64,000 nt of DNA from Takakia lepidozioides. Taxonomy: Eukaryota > Plantae > Bryophyta. Shown one piece after another: positions 12,380 through 23,927 of the stretch. Made by a program: the position numbers and the translations under genes. A model generated the notes under the pieces. That model ran no database searches and had not been told where the DNA came from. It worked only from the letters and a program-made list of their open reading frames with translations. Each line of letters begins with the position of its first letter. The stretch's first letter is position 1. The stretch is from assembly GCA_030704615.1 (NCBI GenBank), contig CM060733.1:47926001-47990000 (forward strand), in the 5' to 3' direction.

Positions 12380-13330
12380 ATCCAGGTCAAGCAATTGAGA
12401 TCCATTGTTTGCCCCAACACCTGACGACGTGATGCCTCAGAAAGAGATGGCACCACCGTGGTACCAGTGGTAAAACCCAATGCCCGCTCGCGCTCGTCAG
12501 CATTGGGTTCCACTAACTGCTGCAACTGGCTATCCCACAAGAGGCCAGATCCACCATCCTGGAAAGCATGAGATCCTGGAAAGCTGAGTAATGTAGGCAA
12601 TGCTGCTCGTGGGTGACCCACCTTATTGGCCACTGCCAAAGGTGAACGGTCATCGTGTCTCACACGCTGAGACTGCCTCCCTATGTCCAAAATGCTATCC
12701 ACCGTCAGGTTTGGTGGCCGCTGCATCCCATCAAATGCACGCTTGAGTAGTGTAGGTGACATCAAGTTGGTCCACCATAGTCGTGGGCGATGAGCTTGTA
12801 ACCCCACTGCAGCTGCATCCAGCAACACTGCTGACCCAAGCCAAGACCACACTTGATGTACACTGGCCATCACCTTGGCCCGAGAATCACCCATCAATGG
12901 CACATTCTCCAAGATATATGTCAGAGAGTCTGTCTGCTGGATCTGTAAATAGCGCAGGACCATCAACATCTCCCAAAACAGGCGTGACCTTGAGTCTTGT
13001 AACCCATTGCCATGCCCGGCTAATGAATGTCCTTGGCAGGGCCAACCTGCCACTACCAAGTGAATAGGGCCAAGCCGCTCCAAATCCTGCGCCCCCAAAA
13101 AGAGATGTCTACTGGCAAGGCTTGCTGGTATCCACGAACTGCAGACACTGACAACAAATCAGGGTACTGCTGCACCAACTGAGCAACATGGCGCAGTGAG
13201 ACGCGTCATGCAGTCTCATCCCTCTCCACATACAGGTAACGTCGAACTCGTACACCTGCCTGCAGCACTGCAACCAATCCAGTGCTGATCCCGCCAAACA
13301 AGTCCAGAAGGCATATGCCTTCATCCGGGC
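12380..13330 (-). pseudogene. DNMT3-like C5-cytosine methyltransferase domain within element A pol
   Basis: Motif I LLDLFGGISTG, II YVE, III DI, IV LVVAGWPCQ, VI ILENV, VIII AHRPRLWWTNL, IX ERERALGF, X RRQVLGQ, in linear order; one TGA (13206) and one frameshift (about 13100). Confidence 0.93.
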
Positions 13331-13649
13331 ACTGCCACACAAGAGGTGTGGTGTCCAATGGCGACAACTGAGGTGGTCCTGATGCAATCACCGCACTCTC
13401 ATCCTCTCTTGACGGTACAAAGGCCTCTACCCAGGCTTGTTGCACACGTCTATCAGCAGTCTGCTGCAAATCCTTACTCGTACCCCACAATGGAGTGTGA
13501 GCAACCATGGCAGGCAACTCCGCCGTACCATGCATGTCATCTTGCTCTGCTGGAGGTGGCACATCCTCTGCATGGGCATTGCCCTCCAACAACTCTCCAG
13601 GCCAACTAACTGCAGCTGTGAAGGCTGCTAGTATTGGCATCTTGCCCCG

Positions 13650-14168
13650 CTAGGCAGCAGCAACACCCCCAATGAATGTCACAGGGAGCTGTACACGACG
13701 ACCATCCCTTGATTGCCATCCAGGCCTGTAGGATGTTGACTCCTCCCAAAAATCCAGGGTGAAGCCCATGGGATACAATATTGCCCCACCAACAAGGACA
13801 TTGTAAGAGACTGCGTCTGTCACAATGGACTTGGCTCGCATCACTGAGCCATCTATAGGATGATCCGGCTGTAGTCTAATGGCCAACTCACGCCGTGTCA
13901 TGCCCCGAGTCTGCTCTGATCCTCCCAGAGATGTCTGTATCTGGAAGGGACAAGGCTCCATATCCGCCTCCATGAGGCCCAAACCTGCAATAGCGGCTCT
14001 GCCCAACATCAGTGGCTGAGCTCCCAAGTCCAACAAGACCCGCAATGGCCGGTACCTCTTGCCTGCCGGTCCACTCAAAGAGAAAATACCATCCTGGTTG
14101 TCTAACAAGACAACTCCAGGTGTCACCATGGCACGCTCAAAGGCTGGCCTAGTTGGCAGCTTCGTCAA
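13650..14168 (-). pseudogene. Element A aspartic protease
   Basis: VLLDLGAQPL (DSG-type motif variant) and YNVLVG; ends in an in-frame TAG that reads on into the DNMT segment. Confidence 0.8.
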
Positions 14169-14599
14169 CCTGGCAGCTGCAGCTTGCTATGGCGCAGCCG
14201 TGGCAGTCTTGACCCTCAAATCCGATGATCCCTCTGCCACTACACCTTCCACTAACTCCGCAGAAGATGAAGTGACCTCCCCACTCTCACAGAGTGTTGT
14301 TGCTAGTCTGAACACTGCAGCTGGTCTTACCCCCGGCGTCGCAATCATGGTTGCCTAGAACAGTGGGGCCTGACACACAGAGGTGGCCGCCCCCAACAAC
14401 ACACTAGCTGCACTAGCTTTGGCAGCAGGTGTCAGTGCTGCACGTGTAGCTCTTCCCAATGGCACAATAACCTCCGTCTCGGTATCCGTGGGGCGAGAAT
14501 TAGGTGCCATGGATGTCATCGACACTGTCTCTGCCAAGATGAATGATTGAGGCAACCTAGCCTGACGGCTTGCCTCCCCACGCTGCGGATCCAACTCCA

Positions 14600-16200
14600 C
14601 CTCTGCACCTCGTGGCTCAGAAACTCGTGCTGCTCCTCGAGTGACGGCTGTAGCAGACTCCACCTGCACTAATGGTAGTGCTGCCCCACATAAATCCCAT
14701 GCCTCCCATGTCTCCTCCGTCAGAGTGACGTTGCTGAGGAGGAACATGAGGTGGACCCTCAGGTCTTGGAGCTGGTACCACCTGAGCTGTGGCCATGGCA
14801 GCAAGCCTTTGCTCTAGCTGCTGAGGCCGGTTGGCCATGCCTTGGTCAACGCCCTGACCTCCACGTCCTTGGCCATACTGTGCTTGCCCTCGTCCTGCAC
14901 CTTGTCCTCTCTGAGGTGCTCCACCTTGCCCTCGGCCACCATTGTTCCCTTGGAACTGGCCTCGCCGCAATTCAGGGTGCAAGTCATAACACTGGGCATC
15001 TCCATGCCCATACTTGTCACAATGCCCACAATACAATTGTGCAGGTTGTGCTTGTGCCGGCCCTTTGCCACTTTCTGGGCAATCTTTCTTGACATGGGGT
15101 CCTCCACATGTCCAACATACCACCCCTGGTGGCTGTTGGCTTGCAAAAGAAGCTACTGGCCTCTACACCTTAGGCCCCCTATAAGCTCCATGCAATTTGG
15201 GTTGGGCAACCTTGCCCCCCCTGACCACGCTGTTGGGCAGTCCCTTGTATCAGTTGGCTGGCAGCTGCGCCTCGTGCAGACATGTCCTTGCCAAATCCAA
15301 TGGTAACAACTCGCTCCTCCACCATGTTGAGCTCAATCCGCTCAGCCAGCAGAAACACATCTGCTAATGTGGGTTGGCTGCTTATAACAGGGTTGCATCC
15401 CGCACCCTTCTCCTGAACTCCTTGTCCAAAATTCCATACCAGAATTGGATTGCCTGAGCTTCAGTAACCCCTTGGGTCATATTTATCAAGCGCCTCATAC
15501 GAGTGTAGGCCTCTCGCAAGCTCTCACTGGATTTGCGCTGGAAGTCTTGCAAACTTCACAGCTTCTCTGTCCGTACGCCTTGGTAGTTCCTCCGCAACTC
15601 CTGGAAGAACTCCACCACCGGGTTGAATCTAGGCACATGTGTTGTAGTCGTGGCAGGAGGAGTAGTAGCACCTTTTGAACTGGTACCACCTGCAGAAGTA
15701 CCGGCACTACTTGTTCCATTACTAGTGCTAGCAGTGGAAGATATTGGTGCTGATGCAGCTACTGATCGCGTTGTGCCTCGAGTAATGGAGACGTAGTCAG
15801 GTGACCAATACAGCCTCCACTCCTCAATCTCTGCTTCATGTCCTCGCCTGAACTCGTGGTAATCGTCCATAGGCGGGCCTTCCAAATGTTGGAACAGTCC
15901 CTTCCACGCCATGAATGGGGTGAACAGCTGTGGATTGCGCATCTACTGCAAATCACACCAGCTGTCAAACTCCTGGATAAAGTCATCCACCTCGATTGTG
16001 CCCACAGCTCCAGAGTACCTACGAGGCCCCTTGGTAGCTCCATACATCTCCTCCACTTCGTCCCACAACAATGGCGAAGGAAATTGCACACCTGTTGATG
16101 AAGCCTCCGAGTCTGTGTCAGACTCTGCACTAGTTTAGGGTGGAGGTGAAGGTGGTCTAAACCAAACACCTCGTCTTGTGAACCCACTCTCACTGCTACT
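14600..16200 (-). pseudogene. gag: Element A gag with two zinc knuckles
   Basis: RFNPVVEFFQELRRNYQG retrotransposon-gag-like segment; CWTCGGPHVKKDC and CGHCDKYGHGDAQC (CX2CX4HX4C-type). Confidence 0.85.
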
Positions 16201-19074
16201 GCCTGTAGCCGTACTCTCCTCAAAACCCTTGGGTAACTCCGTGATGACACTCACAACCCGCACCTCCCCCACGTGACACTATAAGGCTCTAGTATTAATT
16301 CTAATAGTGACACGGGTGAGCACCTGTTGCGGATTAAGGGTCATATCCCAGTGGCTAAGGGCACCTGCACCTGCATCCACCGCAAGAACTCCTATGGTTG
16401 GCTGGTTATCAACCCAGCCTCACCATAGAAGAAACACTGGTGGTCTTGCTGGTCATCACTCCAACCTCACCACCGACAGCATACTCTAGGATTGACCGGT
16501 GATCAAATCCGGCCTAATCCCTATGAAAACAAGCGCCCACACAAAACCAACATGGCGCACAGTCAAGCATGCAGGTGTGGGGGGGATCCAAACACAAGAA
16601 ACCAAAACATCAACACCCCCACACCAAAATCCCTCCGCAGTGCTGCTCCTACAGAATACCCCAGCCCAAAAACCCCGAACTGACTGGCCTCCACCAAGAG
16701 AGGCTTTGGCAACTACAAGTACAAAGTAATGAAAATAGTAAAGAGAGGGAGGGGAAGAATAGAGGTCCGACCAAGCAAGATCTAATTCTGATCTATGCTA
16801 TCAACTGCCAGACTTCTCTCAAAGTTCCTCGCTCTGCATGATGGTAAGGTGTGGGAGGTATATCTATATCCTGAAACCTGCCACTAACCTTATCCCAAGC
16901 TACAGTAGCTCGCTCTAACCAACCCTCCTCCTCTCTCTGCCAGGTAGAGACAAAACAATACTGCCCTATCTCCCGCTCACTGAATACTAAAGAGAATAAA
17001 GGTAGGGTCTGATAGTCTCTCAACTCGAAAGCTTTGAGACGGTTGCGGGTGTCCTCGTTGCGAATGACTGCATCTCCTTCAAGCAGAACAAACTGTTCGT
17101 TGTTAATGAACCCCCGTTCGTGGTTGCCTGGTGCAGAGCGTGTCCGGCTGCAACCACGTCTGATTGCAAAAACTTGTGCATTCACCTACAGCTGCAGAAG
17201 CTGCTTGCTCCAACAGAGTTCTGACTGTCCAAAGCAATATTGAGGCCCTCAACGCCAACTACAGCAGTTTGCTGTCTATTGCTAATGCCTGACTCCCAGT
17301 ATGCAATCAACTCGTCCAACTGTTCTCCACTCAAATCAGTCTGAGTTCCTTGAGAAACATAAATCTTGTCTCCTTGTGTGTACACAATCTGTAGGTATCC
17401 CCCCAAAAACTGCGTCAAACGAAGCTCATATGACAAAGATATGGCCAAACAGGCTCTGTAAATATAATATATGACAATACAAGGAAAAACTATTTTCAAT
17501 TGGTTTCGTTTGGTTCCTTGTTCCCACGTTTTATTTTATTTTGTTTTTGCGATTCCCTGTAGGTTCCCATCAAGTTCAAAATACAGTGCCCTGCGAGTGA
17601 CCGCAAAATCCCCCAACCGTTCAGAGCCTGATACCCCTTCAGCCAGCGATTCAAGAGCAATTGGCCCTCATTTGAATTAACTAATCAACTTCACAGCCAT
17701 CCACCATTTTTCAACTTCAATTCCAGCTTCACCTTGACGTGCTGGCCAGCCATATCGTTGAACGTTGGTATTCGAATGGCAGACAAAACTATCCCTGATC
17801 AGTTCCAATTCAAATAGCCCACCATGGAAAACACAGAGATTAATGAGATCGCCACAACCTGGTCATGGCGGAAGAGCTTGTCAATCTTCTTCACACCTTC
17901 CTCGAGTCAAGGCCATCCAAACTCCACTATTTGCACGTCTCCAACAGTCTCAAGATCCGTCATGTTCATCTTGCCACAAGACTGATCACTTAGTCATTCC
18001 ATCATTGAAGTGCGCATTGCCCATTTTTGTGTGCCATTTGTCTCTTCACATTTAACCAAACAACTCTGTGGAGTATATAGCCCAGTGTCCTCGAACTCGA
18101 CAGCAACTACCTCGTCTCGTCGTTCAAGGAATCCGTCAAACAAATCACCAGTCCTCTTCGTGATCTTCTTGTCAAGCAAACTGAACTGGTCCATATAGCA
18201 TCATTCGATTTCAAAACCATCATATGTTGTTCCCTAGCACTGGTGAGGCCGCTGCTGCAGGCCTGTCACGACGTTCCAATCGACAGCCATGCTAGAAACA
18301 ATTGCACCACTACAGCCTGCTGTGCTGTGCCTGGCGAGGGCCGCGCCATTAATAGCCTCCTTATGTGTGGCCTACTAGAGTACTGTGAAAGCTTCATACA
18401 ACAAAATTCGGTCTTAAATGTTCATGGCTGCACAGGGTCTAAGAGTCCGACCAAGCATCTTGTAGCTCGTGTATTCCTCTACTCTGGCTACCCTGCAAGC
18501 TCCACGATTGTATTATGTGGCTGCTTCAACGCCGCCCAGCCCCTCTTTGTGCCTGCACTGTCTCACCAGGTTGCAGCAACTGCTAGCCCCTGTTGGAAGA
18601 CTTCATCGCCCAATATGCTACTGGGAGGCTAACTACGGGCTGATCACCAGACTCTTTTTCTTGTGCACATAAACATGCTAGGCTTCAGATTCTGACAACA
18701 TTTATGACACAAGCGACACTCCACCAGCTTTTTCACAGCCCACTTTGAACAAGCCACTTTGCTCTTTCACCAACTTGCAAGCAACAACCTGCCGAGCTGT
18801 TTGTCCGCACAACTGCTACTCCGGCTTTGTATATCCTGCGTAGAGCCTACGAGGCTGTCCAAGCCTCCATCCTCTTATTTGGCATCCTGTGTTGTGCCTC
18901 CCATGCACGCCATCGTACCATACCGCAAACAAAACCAGCATCAATGACTTCTACCTTAACCACTCATTAGGAGTTGTGCTTTCCCTACTTCAAATACCAT
19001 CGACATAGTGCTAACATAAAAGAACTCTATCTAGCTTAGCACTACAAAAATCTAGACAGAGCATCTCTCTCGAG

Positions 19075-19427
19075 TGAAATAAAAACTAAACTCACACTGG
19101 CTGTTGACACAAAATACGGAATACAATATAATCACTCGTTAAAATAAGAGTCAAGCCAGGGGCACCCCAAGCTATGGGGATTCCACCCCACAACAGCCTA
19201 CTCTCCCTCCATAAGTACACTCAGATGCTAAGCATCGAGGGAGCTCGGTCGTGCAGGCTCAACTCGAGAGAGTGAGCCGCACGACTGACGAGCTCGTGAA
19301 GATAAGATGGTGCAGGCGTCAAGCTAAACTTGACACCTGACTTAACACTTGAACTAATTCCAAGTGTTAAATACAAATAACTAGATTTATTCTAGTTAGT
19401 TTCACACTGTGTTTATTTAACTTGACA
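19075..19427 (-). repeat. Element A 5' terminal repeat Y (~353 bp)
   Basis: Reverse complement of 21271-21623, with about a dozen differences by eye. Confidence 0.92.
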
Positions 19428-20596
19428 GGGTCAATCAATACCTGATTGTACCCTGAAAAGCCATCCATAAAGGAGTAGAGCTCGTTTCGTGCTACTTCTT
19501 CCACCAAAGTATCTATGAATGGCAAAGGAAAATGATCCTTGTGTGTTACCTTGTTAAGGGGGCGGAAGTCCACGCATACCCTTAGGCCTCCATTCTTCTT
19601 TTGGACGATCACCATCAGGGACACCCATGTTGATGTTTCCACCGGGAAAATAAATTCTGCGGCCAGCAACTTTTCGATCTCTGCTTTAATGAGTAGTGCC
19701 AAGTTGGGGTTCACCCTCCTCTCGCGTTGTCGTCTTGGGGTGGCTCCCGGAAGTATGGGAATGGAATGCATTGCCACGTAAGAAGGCACTCCCTTCAATT
19801 TGGTGTAGGACCATGCAAAGATGTCCCGAAATTCCTTGAACAGTGCCTGATACTCCAAGGACTACTCTGTTGTCAAGTGGGCTCCCACCTTCACCATCTT
19901 TGGTGACTCTCCTCCAACTGCCATGTCGATCAACTGCGTCGTTGGTTCCGATGTGAAACACGACCTCGGCTCAAATCGAGATCCGTTTGATCTCTGCTGC
20001 AAATAAAGAACATAGGGGGTGCTATGTTTCAGGACATCCCTTTCTAGGTCGACCTCCTCTACAATTCTCATATCTAGAATCTCACTATTTTCCTCCTAAG
20101 GAATCTCTTGTTCCTGCAGACCAACCCGTTCGGCAGATATGGAAAAAAGTTCGGTCAATGACTCGAACTCTGGAAGTGCCTCGGTTGATATCGAGTGTAC
20201 CATCATTTCCCTGCCTTGGTTTTCTTCGAACAACCAAGCCATGCAGTCTGCATCAGACTCGCATTCATACAATCCCGGTCTTAGAGACCTGACTGCATCT
20301 TCTAGTCCTACCTTTCTTCGCTTAACCTCCCTGTGAGGCGCTGTAGCCGTTGCTAAAACTCGGTGGGCGTGCGAGGTGGGGAGGAGCTCTCCCTCTGACC
20401 ACAAATCCTCCTCACTCAAGTCTGCAGACTCCTCTTCAGAGCCAATCATGCTAAGCTCATCCTCATCTGTTTCTTCGTGAGGTGCTCCGGAAAGAAATGC
20501 AACAGTAGTAGTGTAAGGTCTTACCCCATAAGTAATGGTGCCTACCCCCCAATCCGTTCGTGCCCTGGACTGGACCAACCATGGCCTCCCTAACAC
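19428..20596 (-). mobile_element. Gypsy element B (non-chromovirus, Athila/Tat-like RT), 5' piece: protease end to RT N-terminal half
   Basis: LGRPWL, DIFAWSY, LRVCVDFRPLN, FPLPFID, YSFMDGFSGYNQVLIDP; cut exactly at element A's terminus. Confidence 0.88.
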
Positions 20597-20708
20597 ACGA
20601 ATCAGACACTAAGCAGCTCTCATCCAAAACTTGTACACCCAAATCACATACACACCAACACCCGAGTACACCGTCCTGACCTTGTGTCAGGGCGCCGTCT
20701 TTATACAA

Positions 20709-20926
20709 GTGCGCCATGTCACCTTCCAAATGTTGATGGAAGGGTTGACCCAAACCTGACAGTGGTACCTGCAAGTTTGAGGTGCATGTTGTGTGGGTCT
20801 GCTAGAGGGGCAGCCACCATGCTGGTGTGTGATCAATGCTCTAGAAGTTGGCATATGGGATGCTTGACTCCACCTCTTGAGATGGTTCCTGGTGGGGATT
20901 GGTTATGTCCGCATTGCATTGGATAG
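20709..20926 (+). CDS. PHD finger, C-terminal end of element A pol
   Basis: (C)APCHLPNVDG...CMLC...CDQC...WHMGC...WLCPHC (C4HC3), followed by PPT and element A terminal repeats. Confidence 0.85.
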
Positions 20927-21172
20927 TGGGAGTGGATACAATCATGGAAGGCTAACAAGAAATGCAAGGCCAAGCTACTAGGAGACCAACACACGAGATC
21001 CTGACTCAAGTTCACAGATTGCAAGACGGCGACTAACGATGGGGCTGCTCTTGTACCCGGCCTCTTGGTCTATAGAGTTTGAGTACAATAGGGACAGTGA
21101 TAGAGGACTTAGTACGGCTGTGGCTATTACATCTTGTAGCTATATGGAGTTAGAGGGACCTAACCACTAGCT

Positions 21173-21709
21173 AGGGGGGCGATTGTGGCAGACTACTTTA
21201 TTGTGCATATATGTGTGGTGTGGTTTGGACAGCGATGTAGTTGTGTAGCGATACGTATGCGCACGACAGCTGCCAAGTTAAATAAACACAGTGTGAAACT
21301 AACTAGAATAAATCTAGTTATTTGTATTTAACACTTGGAATTAGTTCAAGTGTTAAGTCAGGTGTCAAGTTTAGCTTGACACCTGAACCATCTTATCTTC
21401 ACGAGCTCGTCAGTCGTGCGGCTCATCTCTCTCGAGTTGAGCCTGCACGACCGAGCTCCCTCGTTGCTTAGCATCTGAGTGTACTTATGGAGGGAGAGTA
21501 GGATGTTGTGGGGTGGAGTCCCCATAGCTTGGGGTGCCCCTGGCTTGACTCTTATTTTAGCGAGTGATTATATTGATTTCGTGTTTTGTGTCAACAACCA
21601 GTGTGAGTTTAGTTTTCATTTCATTGTGGCAGATTACTTTATTGTGCATATATGTGTGGTGTGGTTTGGACAACGATGTAGTTGTGTAGCGATACGTATG
21701 CGCACGACA
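21173..21709 (+). repeat. Element A 3' end: PPT, then X1 (21184-21268), GC, Y2 (21271-21623), T, X2 (21625-21709)
   Basis: AGGGGGG purine run, then the 85-bp X repeated twice (2 mismatches seen) around Y; ends GCACGACA followed by TSD ACCC. Confidence 0.9.
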
Positions 21710-22885
21710 ACCCAAAGGACAGGTTGAAAACCACCTTTACTCACCATGGGGCACCTTTGCCTATACACGGATGCCCTTTGGCCTGTGCAACGCACCCTTG
21801 ACGTTTCAGAGGGTCATGCCTTCTCAGACATCGTGAGAAGAAATTTGGTCATCTTCTTAGATGACTTTTGTTGCAATGGGGATGCAAAAGATTACGTTGC
21901 AGCATTACGAGAGTGCTTCATCCGGTGCAACGAGAATGAGATCTCTCTCAACCCAATGAAGTGCATGTTTGCAGTCACACATGGATTGCTACTAGGGCAC
22001 ATAGTGTCCAAAGATGGCGTGGCGACAGATCCAGCAAAGGTGAGCGTCATAGTCGAATTGCCTGCATCAGAGACATCATCTAAGGTGAAAGGGTTCCTTG
22101 GCCACACAGGGTGGTATATGAAATTTATGGACAAGTATGCAGCAAAAGCCTTATCTCTGACTCGATTATTGAAAAAGAACCAGATAATTTCCTGGGATAC
22201 AGGGTGTCAAGAGTCTTTCGAGACACTCAAGCAGCGCTTGGTGTTCGCTCCCGTTTTGGCCGCTCCCGACTGGAACATGCCTTTCCATGTTTACGTTGAT
22301 GCTTCAGCGGTGGCCGTAGGCTGTGCCTTGTGCCAACCAGATGCTGATGGCCATGGTCATCCAATATCTTTCACCAGTCCACAACTGACATTCACCGAAA
22401 CGAGGTATAGCACCACGGAGCGGGAGGCTCTGGGAATGATTTTTGCCGTAAAAAAATATCGGCATTACCTGTTGGAGACACCTTTCATTTTTTTGTTGAT
22501 CACATGGCATTACGATACCTGATCAATAAACCCGATTTGACGGGAAGAATAGCCAGGTGGGTTATTCTTCTTCAGGAATTCGACTACAAGGTAGTCTACA
22601 AGCCCGGAAAGCTTAATGCTCAGGCCGATCACCTTTCCCGATTGTCGGAGGAAACAGGGGCTGAGCCTATTGACGATGACTTCCCGGATGCATTTTTGTT
22701 CTCCATAGAGACCGTTCCTCCATGGTATGAACACATAGCTCAGTATTTAAGCACCCTGGAATTTCCCCCAAGATTGGATCGACATGCGCAACGAAGGCTT
22801 TGACTGCGCATCATGAAGTTTGCTTTTGTGGGAGGGCAACTTTATAGAAGGGGATTGGATGGACTCTTGAGGCGATGCGTTTGAT
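21710..22885 (+). mobile_element. Gypsy element B 3' piece: RT C-terminal half, RNase H, start of the IN linker (truncated)
   Basis: Resumes PKDRLKTTF..MPFGLCNAP, FLDD, YVDAS, TEREAL, ADHLSR. Confidence 0.9.
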
Positions 22886-23927
22886 CCTCCTCTCGCACGT
22901 TGCTTGCTCTTTCCGCTCGCCCCTTTGTTGTGCAACCTCGCTTCTTGAGAGGAAAGGAGTATATGCTTCAGGCTTGTTTTAAGGCTTCACAGGGGGATAC
23001 CGTGTTGGCAGTGGCAGGAGCCTTTGGAGTTTCTGTCAGAGTCGCAATTATCTGGCCTTCTTTGTGCAAGCATGGGGTTGCAAAAATGAAAGTTGTGTAG
23101 TACAGGTGGAAGAAGTAGGAGAAGGTTGGTGGGATACATGTAACCTCCCAACGTTTGGTGCAATTTTGGTTAGGCCTGATGACCATATTGCATGGAGTAC
23201 TAAAGCTGAATGCCAGGTCTCTTCTTTGCGGGAAGAGATCGACCATTGACTTCCGACAAAACAGTTTTGTTTAAGTCCATCTATAGTTTCTACTAATGGA
23301 ATATGTAAAGAAGTTCTTCCTAGTGACATGGTATGCAAATCATATCTACAGAAACCTCAGATAACAATCGGATGATCGCTCAAGGCTGCTCCTCGGAATA
23401 GTGGATTCTACTTTCATCCATAATAAACTTGAAAAATCATCCATTTATTTTCTATAGGTTGTTCAATATATAGAGATGTCACTTAATTGGCAGGGGCCTT
23501 CGAAGGGCTCAGAATTTTCATCCAATCTGCATAATGTTCCTGATTTGAAGTCATTGAAGTCATTTGAATGTGATTTGAATTCTGGCCCCACAGAGCATCT
23601 CAAGTCAACCATTTGACAATTTAGCAGCGGGTGGTTTTTCAGATGTTTGAATCTTGCGTACCTGGCGGGCCATGGATTCTCAAGTGGGCAGCAGGATGGT
23701 GCTTTTGCATCACAAGTAGACCCAACCCAGGCGGTGAGCAATCGACAGTTATCGGACCTTCCGGACCACGAACTCTTCCCTGAATTACATTTATGACAAG
23801 GTATGAAAGACGTTTCAGAGGTGCCGGCCATTGGTCTAGGGAGAGGAAGACGTCGATGGAATGCGAGACGAGCTGCTCCTTCCAGGCTCGCTCGCTCTTA
23901 GCAGAGTGTTAGCAGTGTGCTGGCGAA

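Larger units (their letters stand above)
9164..19427 (-). mobile_element. Ty3/Gypsy element A, 5' and central part (terminal repeat Y, long leader, gag, PR, DNMT, RT, RNase H, IN); degenerate
   Basis: Collinear minus-strand domains with stops and frameshifts; starts TGTCAAG at 19427 next to TSD ACCC; broken at WKDHV (about 9164). Confidence 0.93.

Noticed and set aside
12067-13640. Host DNMT3/DRM gene or bacterial restriction-modification methylase contamination
   Set aside because: Intronless, in frame with the protease, flanked by retroelement domains and decayed like the rest of pol; the surroundings are clearly plant.
19075-21623. Y copies as terminal inverted repeats of a DNA transposon or DIRS element
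   Set aside because: Their opposite orientation is explained by the inversion; the TSD and host RT rejoin only with Y copies as direct repeats, and no tyrosine recombinase is seen.
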